DNA of 28,839 nt from an uncultured virus (IMG/VR IMGVR_UViG_3300002133_000084). Its lineage: Duplodnaviria > Heunggongvirae > Uroviricota > Caudoviricetes. The stretch is taken from IMG/VR virus record IMGVR_UViG_3300002133_000084; one strand, written 5' to 3'. The position numbers and the translations under genes were made by a program. The notes beneath the pieces were generated by a model. That model was not told the DNA's origin, did no database searches, and saw only the letters and a program-made list of their open reading frames with translations. This document shows, one piece after another, positions 15,337-23,017 of this stretch (its first letter is position 1; each line of letters opens with the position of its first letter).

Positions 15337-18156
15337 ATGGCCGAAGATCTAAAAACTGGTGGCGCAGCCATCCAACACCTCCTATCCAAAATCGACACCA
15401 ACAGTCGTATAGGGGAGATCGAGGGCGAATTAAAAACTGCCCGCGGCACTAATCGTACTAAGCTTAATCGTGAGCTAGGATACCTAAAGGCCCTCAAGGA
15501 ATCTGGCGACACAGCAGACAAAGCATACATCATTAATAAGGTTCCCGTACTTCCCCCTTCTATGCGCCCCGTCTATACAAATGAGAAGGGGCAGCTTGTC
15601 GTATCAGACGTCAATGAGCTCTATCAGGGCATGGGCGCCGTTAATGAGCAGCTTACCAGCTTAAAGGACTTACCCGATTCAGAAAAGAAGGCCCTTAGAA
15701 AAGATTTGTATGATGGACTCAAGGCTATTCAAGGCCTGGGCGATCCCATATCCCACAAACAATCCCTCAAGGGTATCTTCCGCCAAATTGCCGGCACTAA
15801 TAGTCCGAAGGGTGGCTACTTTCAGCACCGGTTGACGCGCCGCCGGCAGAATGTATCCGGCCGATCGACAATCACCCTGGGTGAAGATTTAGATATTGAT
15901 CAGGTAGGACTGCCGGAAGAAATGGCGTGGACGCTGTTTCGTGATTTTACCGTAAAAGAACTGGTGTCTAATGGACACACCAAGGCGGATGCGCTCGAGC
16001 AAATAAAAGATCGCACATCCACAGCAGAGAAGGCGCTGCAGCACGCAATGAATCAGCGCCCAGTATGGCTTAATAGATCACCATCCCTGCATCGCCATTC
16101 TATCATGGCGTTCAATCCCGTATTAACACCGGGGAGAGATATAAAGATTAATCCACTCGTCGTAAAAGGCTTCAATGCCGACTTCGACGGCGATAGTATG
16201 TCTGTCCATGTACCCGTCACAAGAGAGGCGGTGGATGAGGCTAAAGTGCGAAAGCCAACGGATATCTTATTCTCGGCTGGTACGGAAAAACTAATGCTCG
16301 TGCCAGGCCAAGCTTCCGCCTTGGGCCTCTACCTAATGTCCAACACAGACGGAGAGGTAGTGGGTGAATTCAAAAATGAGAAAGAGGCGCTTGCAGAGAG
16401 CAGGGCTAATACCATACGCGATGAAGACACGATTCTCGTTAATGGCAAGAAGACTACTGCGGGACGCATTAAAATTGATGAGCAAATCCCAGAAGGATTC
16501 CGGGAATACGGAACATTAAACAAAAAGAATCTGGAAAAGATGCTTTCTGATATTGCCGTGTCCCGCCCAAAGGATTATGGTGGCATCGTTGGCAAGCTGC
16601 GCAAGATGGGCGATGAGTATGCCACTAATAGGGGATTTTCCATTGGACTAGACGATTTGGATCCCCTAACTGGAATGCGCGATCAGATGTTATCTGATGC
16701 AGACAAAAAGATCCAAAAAGGTTCGATTGGGAAGACAGAGAAAGAAAAGGATGCCCTATTCTCTGAGGTATATGGGGAAGTGGCATCCAAGATGGAGGAT
16801 GAGATTGGCAAGACACTAGCCAACTCAGATAACTCTGTTGGGCACATGCTCATCTCTGGATCCAGAGGATCCGCTGCGCAGGCGCGGCAAATCTTCGCTG
16901 CTCCCCTACTTGCCCAGGATGCATCAGGTAGGCCTATCCCCATTCCTATTAAGAACTCTTATATGGAGGGATTAGATACACAGGAATACTTCGCCGCCGG
17001 CTATGGCGCGCGCGCTGGTGCTGTGGGTAGATCACATCAAACTGCTCTACCTGGAGCCTTGGCAAAAGAGGTTCTAGCCTCTGTTGTGGATTCTGTAGTT
17101 ACAGAACACGAGTCCGAAGACATGCCATCTCTAAAGATGAGCACCAAGCGACAGGATGATGATTTAGTAGATCGATTCCTGGCCGCCGATGTCAGCGGCA
17201 AGGGAGGCAGGAAGGTTGCCAAGAAGGGAGATCTGCTCACCTCCGCAAAGTTATCTAGGCTGCGGGAGGAGGGCGTATCTGATGTCGACGTCTACACTCC
17301 ATTAAATGCTGAATTACCTGGAGGCGGCATACCCGCCAAGGCGTTTGGACTAGATGAGAATGGCAAGATTCCTGACATAGGCACCAACCTTGGATTACTG
17401 TCTGGCCACTCCATGACGGAACCGATCAGCCAAATGACATTGGACGCATTTCACTCTGGCGCTACCGGTGGAACGAAGGGGCGCGTATCCAAGTTCGATC
17501 GCATCCAGCAGTTATTCCAATTGCCCAAAGCTCTTCCCGGGAAAGCTACCCTAGCAAAGAAGGATGGGCGGATTGGTGCAGTAAGGGATTCTCCTGCTGG
17601 CGGCTGGGATGTAGAGATAGGCGGAGATACTCACTATGTGCCCAAGGGCAATCCACTCAAGATAAAAGAGGGTGATGCAGTAAGGGCTGGCGAAGCTATA
17701 TCAGATGGCCCAATACAGCCACATGAACTCTTGGAGATCAAAGGGCTGCCGGCCGTACAAGAATACCTTACGGACGAAATCCAAAAAGAAACAGGCGTCA
17801 AGCGTCGCTGGGTGGAAACAGTGGTGGGCGCTATGACGAGTATGTCCGAAGTAGATGATCCGGGCGATTCTGAATTTTACCCCGGAGACTCAGTGCCCAA
17901 TTGGGCTATCCGCAAGCACAACAAAGATCCACAAACAACCAACATACAAGCCAAGCCCATCTTCAAGGGCGTCAATATGCTTCCACTAGTAAAGGCGGGA
18001 GACAACTGGCTGGCAGGCATGGATTTCAGGCGCCTAAAGGACGTCATATCGGAAGGAGCCCTAAATAACAAGTGGAGCGAGCTGAGTAGTGTGAACCCCA
18101 TACCAGCAGTTGCATACGGAGCCGATTTTGGCCTCGGAGAAAAAGGGAGGTACTAA
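15337..18156 (+). CDS. rpoC: Phage multi-subunit RNA polymerase, beta-prime subunit lacking its N-terminal segment
   Basis: Catalytic FNADFDGD (NADFDGD at 16174-16194), VPVLPPSMRP, SGRSTI, LNRSPSLHR, SGSRGS, YGARAG bridge helix, EPISQMTLDAFHSG trigger loop. Confidence 0.96.
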   Translation: MAEDLKTGGAAIQHLLSKIDTNSRIGEIEGELKTARGTNRTKLNRELGYLKALKESGDTADKAYIINKVPVLPPSMRPVYTNEKGQLVVSDVNELYQGMGAVNEQLTSLKDLPDSEKKALRKDLYDGLKAIQGLGDPISHKQSLKGIFRQIAGTNSPKGGYFQHRLTRRRQNVSGRSTITLGEDLDIDQVGLPEEMAWTLFRDFTVKELVSNGHTKADALEQIKDRTSTAEKALQHAMNQRPVWLNRSPSLHRHSIMAFNPVLTPGRDIKINPLVVKGFNADFDGDSMSVHVPVTREAVDEAKVRKPTDILFSAGTEKLMLVPGQASALGLYLMSNTDGEVVGEFKNEKEALAESRANTIRDEDTILVNGKKTTAGRIKIDEQIPEGFREYGTLNKKNLEKMLSDIAVSRPKDYGGIVGKLRKMGDEYATNRGFSIGLDDLDPLTGMRDQMLSDADKKIQKGSIGKTEKEKDALFSEVYGEVASKMEDEIGKTLANSDNSVGHMLISGSRGSAAQARQIFAAPLLAQDASGRPIPIPIKNSYMEGLDTQEYFAAGYGARAGAVGRSHQTALPGALAKEVLASVVDSVVTEHESEDMPSLKMSTKRQDDDLVDRFLAADVSGKGGRKVAKKGDLLTSAKLSRLREEGVSDVDVYTPLNAELPGGGIPAKAFGLDENGKIPDIGTNLGLLSGHSMTEPISQMTLDAFHSGATGGTKGRVSKFDRIQQLFQLPKALPGKATLAKKDGRIGAVRDSPAGGWDVEIGGDTHYVPKGNPLKIKEGDAVRAGEAISDGPIQPHELLEIKGLPAVQEYLTDEIQKETGVKRRWVETVVGAMTSMSEVDDPGDSEFYPGDSVPNWAIRKHNKDPQTTNIQAKPIFKGVNMLPLVKAGDNWLAGMDFRRLKDVISEGALNNKWSELSSVNPIPAVAYGADFGLGEKGRY

Positions 18157-18157
18157 G

Positions 18158-19066
18158 ATGGATGAAGTATCTATTTACATGCATGATCTAGGGCGCATGC
18201 CCGTCATGTCCTCCAAGGACGAGACGACAGCATTTAGTGCTCTTCGCGAAGGCGATGATTCAATGCGCGAAAAGATAGCGCGCGCGAATCTCAGGTTTGT
18301 TGTCAGCGTGGCGGGGGACTATGCATCAGACTCCTCGTCATTTATGGATCTAGTGCAAGATGGAAACATGGGCCTACTCAAGGCCATTGATAAATTCGAT
18401 CACAATAAAGGGTTCAAGTTTATCACCTATGCCGTGTGGTGGATCCGGAGAAGCATCTTGGATGCCATCCAGAGAGACAGGACGATACGCCTGCCAAAAC
18501 ACGCATATGAGGATATGCGCAGGTGCTCCATCGCCCTCAACGAATACAATAGAGACATACTCAGGGCGGCCAGGGAATCGGTTGAATTATCCGATCAGCG
18601 CGTAGATAATGTGCGCCAGCTATCCAACAATATTATGTCCATCGATTACAATAATGTGGATGACGAGGCGTCCCAATCCAATACCTGGCTTCGCGATGAC
18701 AGCGCCGCCAGAGACATGGAGTATGGGATAGAGATGGATGAGCTTAGGGACAAATTTACAGAGTGCTTTAATCATCTAGATAAGCGCGCATCCTATATCA
18801 TCAAGTCGTATTATGGGCTATGCGGGCATGACGCTTGCACCCTGGAGGCTATTGGCGAGAGGATGAATTTGACGCGCGAGCGCGTTCGGCAAATTAAAAA
18901 GATTGCCCTGCGTCGACTCAAATTGATGATACCTGAGTCGTATCACATCAACTCAGATGAGGCCGAGGTGGACGTCGATGAGCTATTAAAAATCGTCCAA
19001 ATAAATGCCCGTCGCATGGAAAATTACACTGAGGGCTGGGAAGATAAGTCAGCCATAAATGCATAA
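18158..19066 (+). CDS. RNA polymerase sigma factor, RpoD/RpoS-like (sigma70 group 1/2, no region 1.1)
   Basis: Region 1.2 YMHDLG, ANLRFVVSVA, DLVQDGNMGLLKAIDKFD..KGFKFITYAVWWIR, region 4 TLEAIG.RMNLTRERVRQI; ATG 18158 with GGGAGG RBS. Confidence 0.93.
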   Translation: MDEVSIYMHDLGRMPVMSSKDETTAFSALREGDDSMREKIARANLRFVVSVAGDYASDSSSFMDLVQDGNMGLLKAIDKFDHNKGFKFITYAVWWIRRSILDAIQRDRTIRLPKHAYEDMRRCSIALNEYNRDILRAARESVELSDQRVDNVRQLSNNIMSIDYNNVDDEASQSNTWLRDDSAARDMEYGIEMDELRDKFTECFNHLDKRASYIIKSYYGLCGHDACTLEAIGERMNLTRERVRQIKKIALRRLKLMIPESYHINSDEAEVDVDELLKIVQINARRMENYTEGWEDKSAINA

Positions 19067-19078
19067 CAATAATACAAC

Positions 19079-19232
19079 AATGAAACATAGCACACAAAAA
19101 AACGTTACCTATAAATCGCATACCATACAAAAAAATGTAGAGTATGTTTCATTATGGAATACATTTATACAATTATGAAACATAGACGACGTTTTTTCGT
19201 CAAAAAAGGGGCGATAGACGACGTTTTTTCGT
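19079..19232. repeat. Iteron-like direct and inverted repeats in an AT-rich intergenic region
   Basis: ATGAAACATA at 19080 and 19175, inverted at 19143; ATAGACGACGTTTTTTCGT at 19182 and 19214. Confidence 0.8.
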
Positions 19233-19384
19233 ATGCTATTTCACTCTAAGTCAGGCTCCTAAGTTGCTCTCTTGCAACAAAATAAAACGCATGGCACGAT
19301 TTTTGCGTTTTTTAAAGATAAAAGATATAAAGAAGAGAGAGATACTCTCTTAAAAATCAAAACCCAAATCATCGGAGAAAAAAA

Positions 19385-19834
19385 ATGGCACAGAAGAAAA
19401 GGGGTATCCCAAGAAGCGGTGGAGTAAATCCATCGGTATTGGCCCTCCAAGTGGACAGACTCAAATCCGTAGTGGATGCGCAGAGTAAGATAATCGACGA
19501 GCAGAAGGAAACCATCTTCTCACTGTTCGGGCGCCTTGGCGAGCGCACCACCAATCTAGAGCTCGCCTTTCTTGGCCTGTCGTACCTGATCGAGAACAAG
19601 GGTGTCGGCACTATGGCTGAGGTGGATGAGATTCTCGAAAATAAGCGCGAGGATCGCCGGCGCATGGAAGAGGCGGAACTCGAAGAGGATGCCGCCAGAG
19701 AAAAGAAGGCCATAGAGATGCTGCAGGAGAATATCGAAGATCGCTATTTTCCGCGCGACATAGACGACACGGAAGAAGACTCAGCTGAAGAGGCTGAAGA
19801 GCGGACACCAGAAACAGAACCCGTAGAAGTTTAG
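19385..19834 (+). CDS. Coiled-coil protein with acidic tail
   Basis: Heptad pattern, E-rich C-terminus, GGAG RBS. Confidence 0.75.
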   Translation: MAQKKRGIPRSGGVNPSVLALQVDRLKSVVDAQSKIIDEQKETIFSLFGRLGERTTNLELAFLGLSYLIENKGVGTMAEVDEILENKREDRRRMEEAELEEDAAREKKAIEMLQENIEDRYFPRDIDDTEEDSAEEAEERTPETEPVEV

Positions 19835-19849
19835 GAAATTCCAAACACT

Positions 19850-20758
19850 ATGAGCAAGTCACTATCCATAAGCAGCAAGGCGATTGTACTGAACACCGGA
19901 GAGTCACTATCCAGCTATGATCCCATGCGCATTGATCTAAGCCAGCCGGTAGAGGAGGTTCGTCGCTTTGTTGTGTCCATAGATCAGGCCGCATCAGATC
20001 AACAGTTGGATATAGGCCTACTGGATTTCGCGCGCTACCTCATCATCAAGTCTGATGTGTCTTTAGGCTTGAAGTTGAATGGCGCCGGGCAAGATGCCAT
20101 CTATGGAACCGAGTTTATGTTTTTTAATTCGGACGCCAGGACAATCCACGTTACCAACAAGGGATTGATATACGACTGTGGCGTTGTAACGGCCGCCGGA
20201 GCTTCCACTCTATCTGATTCTTCGAAGTCGTGGGCATATACCACACTGACTGGCGGGATTACAATAGAAAACTTCGATATGACGGATATGAGCTTCTGGC
20301 TGGATGTCAATGGGCACCTGGACTTGATAGAGCTGTCTGGCGCAGATCAAACGGGGACACAGGTGGCCGCGGCCATTCAGGCCGGTATCGATTCATCGGC
20401 TATTGGATCTGGGCAGGTGACAGTTTCATGGGATGCAACCAACAAGCGTTTTGTTTTTGTAAACGACAAGATCGGGGCCAACCCCATATCTATATCCGCC
20501 AACAAGCTGGATAACTACACCCTAATAAACCTGGGGCTTTATGCGCCAAATGAGGTTTTGGGCGACGTGACGATGGAGGGGATGACAGTTGAGGTGTTAA
20601 CTGGCACCGGTGTAGGTGAGTCGAATACGGTGTCTGCTACATTTACCAGCACCCAATTAACGATGGACGGCGCCTGGGGAACACAGCCGGTTGCCGGAGA
20701 CGAGTATCGCATATATAAGCCACAGGCTGGAACCATTGAGGTTTTAGCCGCGCGCTAA
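19850..20758 (+). CDS. Probable tail/neck/baseplate structural protein
   Basis: T/S/G-rich beta pattern; VAAAIQAGI...VTVSWDATNKRFVF resembles sheath/baseplate insertion domains; ends W...PVAGDEYRI. Confidence 0.6.
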   Translation: MSKSLSISSKAIVLNTGESLSSYDPMRIDLSQPVEEVRRFVVSIDQAASDQQLDIGLLDFARYLIIKSDVSLGLKLNGAGQDAIYGTEFMFFNSDARTIHVTNKGLIYDCGVVTAAGASTLSDSSKSWAYTTLTGGITIENFDMTDMSFWLDVNGHLDLIELSGADQTGTQVAAAIQAGIDSSAIGSGQVTVSWDATNKRFVFVNDKIGANPISISANKLDNYTLINLGLYAPNEVLGDVTMEGMTVEVLTGTGVGESNTVSATFTSTQLTMDGAWGTQPVAGDEYRIYKPQAGTIEVLAAR

Positions 20759-20785
20759 CCATACCCTCATTACGGGGATAGAAAA

Positions 20786-21466
20786 ATGAGTGAAGTACAG
20801 CAAATGATGGCACCTCCAAACTTGGCAACCTTCCAGCTCGACAATCGAGATATCGAAGGTGTGCACGGCGTCAACTTCGACTACAACGAAGAAACGCAAC
20901 AATGGGAGGGCGATATCCTATACGCCGCCCCCGATGTTATTCAGCGTCGGTTCTGGAAGGAGCGCAAGGAAGAGGGAGTCAATGAGCTTCGGTGCACTCC
21001 ACGAGGGGACATTGGCCCACCCCTTATTCTGCGCGGCCTTGAAATAAAGTCCCTCTCTTACTCCATGGGCAGTCGATCGCTCCCCGGCATCACGGTGAGA
21101 TTTACAGCCAAAGAGCTTATCGATATCCCAGAAGTTGGCGAGATCGATAAAGATGCCTCTTACGAGATTATGGAAAAAATCCGTAGGCTGTGGCAAGACA
21201 TCGAAGAGCGCGCTGAAAACTTTTCTGAGTTGGGTAGGGCGACAAGGGGGCAAGTTGATCTAGCTGGTATTAAGCGGGGCGACTTGATCGTCTCTGTGAA
21301 AGAAGATGCCAGCGATGTCGATATTTCTATTGCCCCTCAATATTCCATTCTTGATGACATCGCCGCGGTATACGCTCAGTCCATCGAGGAAGTCTATGGA
21401 TACCGATTTCGCGTGAGCGCCTACTGGATGTCAGAGCTTCTAGAAAAACTGAGAGAGGCCAAATAG
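20786..21466 (+). CDS. Hypothetical protein
   Basis: 226-aa ORF with GGGGA RBS. Confidence 0.7.
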   Translation: MSEVQQMMAPPNLATFQLDNRDIEGVHGVNFDYNEETQQWEGDILYAAPDVIQRRFWKERKEEGVNELRCTPRGDIGPPLILRGLEIKSLSYSMGSRSLPGITVRFTAKELIDIPEVGEIDKDASYEIMEKIRRLWQDIEERAENFSELGRATRGQVDLAGIKRGDLIVSVKEDASDVDISIAPQYSILDDIAAVYAQSIEEVYGYRFRVSAYWMSELLEKLREAK

Positions 21467-21673
21467 ATGTCTTGGGAGCAACTCATTCAACTGGATCGCA
21501 AGGAGATCCATTCTCATTACCTGAAGGGGGGATGTGCCGATGCTGGCGCCGGCGCTCGAATCGGGATTTCCACAGGGGCTTTCAGGTTATTGCGATGGCT
21601 CAATCGGATTCCCGAGCGAGTCTTTACTGGAATACCTGCCGCTCGTAGACACGATAGTACACGGCGACTTTAA
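21467..21673 (+). CDS. Possible small helix-turn-helix protein overlapping the sigma gene
   Basis: Starts right after the previous stop with GAGAGG RBS; D......IGIS...F...R....IP is HTH-like; 140-bp overlap with the sigma ORF. Confidence 0.4.
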   Translation: MSWEQLIQLDRKEIHSHYLKGGCADAGAGARIGISTGAFRLLRWLNRIPERVFTGIPAARRHDSTRRL

Positions 21674-22055
21674 ACACGTCCCGTCGTACATCGATCGCAG
21701 CGACATGATTCAGGATGGCACCGTAGGCCTCCTGGAAGCCGCCAGGACGTACAATCCCGATTACGGGGTACCTTTCCCCTCCTGGGCTCGTACAAAGATC
21801 AGGAGCGGCGTTTACGACGGCTTACGGCGCATGGACAGTCGAAGGCTTGAGTGGGAAGAGGATGAAGTTTTTGCCACATCAGAAGAATTGGTGGCCAACC
21901 TTCCTTGGGAGGAATTAACAGATCGCGAGTATTGGGTGGTGTATCTGTCCTACCTAGAAGGATTTGAGTTGAGTGAGGTGGCGATGACGATGGGCATAAC
22001 AGACAACCAGGTTAAGTGGGCCAGACAAGTAGCCTTACAGAAACTGAGGGGATGA
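21534..22055 (+). CDS. Compact sigma70-family factor, FliA/WhiG-like region 2 plus region 4
   Basis: EYLPLV, DRSDMIQDGTVGLLEAARTYNPDYGVPFPSWARTKIRSGVYDGLR; LTDRE..VVYLSYLEG..LSEVA..MGIT; start uncertain. Confidence 0.88.
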   Translation: MPMLAPALESGFPQGLSGYCDGSIGFPSESLLEYLPLVDTIVHGDFKHVPSYIDRSDMIQDGTVGLLEAARTYNPDYGVPFPSWARTKIRSGVYDGLRRMDSRRLEWEEDEVFATSEELVANLPWEELTDREYWVVYLSYLEGFELSEVAMTMGITDNQVKWARQVALQKLRG

Positions 22056-22192
22056 TGAACCTTACTAAGCTGATTGGCGCATTTGCATTCTTTTTTTTAG
22101 GCGGCCTTAGGATAATCTACGCCGCGGATAACATGGACATCTTTTTTGGGGTTCTATTGTTGGCGGTAGCACATAAGTTGGGCGATCACTAA
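22052..22192 (+). CDS. Small membrane protein (46 aa, missing from the ORF track)
   Basis: MMNLTKLIGAFAFFFLGGLRIIYAADNMDIFFGVLLLAVAHKLGDH; overlaps both neighbours (ATGA, TAATG). Confidence 0.55.
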   Translation: MMNLTKLIGAFAFFFLGGLRIIYAADNMDIFFGVLLLAVAHKLGDH

Positions 22193-22425
22193 TGGAGGGA
22201 ATAAAAACAGTAGACGAAGCGCTTTCTTGGGCTGCGCACTACATAAAGACTGCCAAGATTAAGCCTGGACTGTTGATGGATGATAATATTACACTCCGCA
22301 ACAACAATCTCATCTATGTCATCACCAGTGCTTCGGAAAGGTTTATTGGTTTCTGGGGCAGTATTTCCCATAGCGAGTTAGCGGTGATCTTGGAGTGCTG
22401 GCTAACGGACAAGGGATACAATTGA
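22192..22425 (+). CDS. Hypothetical protein
   Basis: 77-aa coupled ORF. Confidence 0.6.
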   Translation: MEGIKTVDEALSWAAHYIKTAKIKPGLLMDDNITLRNNNLIYVITSASERFIGFWGSISHSELAVILECWLTDKGYN

Positions 22426-22426
22426 C

Positions 22427-23017
22427 ATGGCTGATAATGGCTTTACACCAATTGAGTCACATGCAGTAATACCCCATATGGGAGAGAACATGGCCACTGA
22501 AGAAGATATGATCAAAGTGATGAATACGATGGTTCATCATCGCCTAAGAGTACAGGAGGGGCTGCAGAGCATAACGCACGATCTCGAGCGCCGGGCTTTA
22601 GTGCACGATGAGTCGAAGTTTCGTTCAGATGAGTTCAACGGATTCGCCAACATCAACAAGATAGCGCGCGATTTCGTATATGGATCAGATGAGTACAAGG
22701 CATCCCTTAGAGAAGAGGGTGCCGTTCAGTTACACTACTCCAGAAACTCTCATCACCCAGAATACTATGAGCAGGAGTTGGAATCATCAGCTCCCGGCGA
22801 CAGGCAGTGGGGATCGGCCCACAATATGAGCTTCCTCGATATAATCGAGATGGTGTGCGATTGGCATGCGGCGTGGAAGGTGTACAATGGGCAGCAGGAA
22901 CGAAAGATCCCATGGATGGACAACGTAGACATGCAGGAAAAACGCTTCGGCAGTCGACTCAATGAGGGACAGTGGTGGATGGTGGAGCAGGTAGCTAACT
23001 ATTTGGAGAATAAATGA
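22427..23017 (+). CDS. DUF5662-like HD-type metal-binding protein
   Basis: H...V, HDESKF..E, HY..NSHHPE, DIIEMVCDW motifs. Confidence 0.8.
   Translation: MADNGFTPIESHAVIPHMGENMATEEDMIKVMNTMVHHRLRVQEGLQSITHDLERRALVHDESKFRSDEFNGFANINKIARDFVYGSDEYKASLREEGAVQLHYSRNSHHPEYYEQELESSAPGDRQWGSAHNMSFLDIIEMVCDWHAAWKVYNGQQERKIPWMDNVDMQEKRFGSRLNEGQWWMVEQVANYLENK

Noticed and set aside
6960..15400. Split intein or self-splicing intron rejoining the RNAP halves
   Set aside because: No Cys/Ser-initiated intein N-block at the end of the first ORF and no His-Asn-C/S/T near the start of the second. No GUGYG 5' end or complete group II domain V (AGCCGTA at ~15308 lacks its partner strand). No group I P7 signature seen.
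3743..18156. Bacterial chromosomal rpoBC locus
   Set aside because: Highly divergent sequence, no flanking ribosomal protein genes, and phage structural and nucleotide-metabolism genes are interspersed.
19079..19232. CRISPR array
   Set aside because: Only two 19-bp copies separated by 13 bp, and no cas genes.
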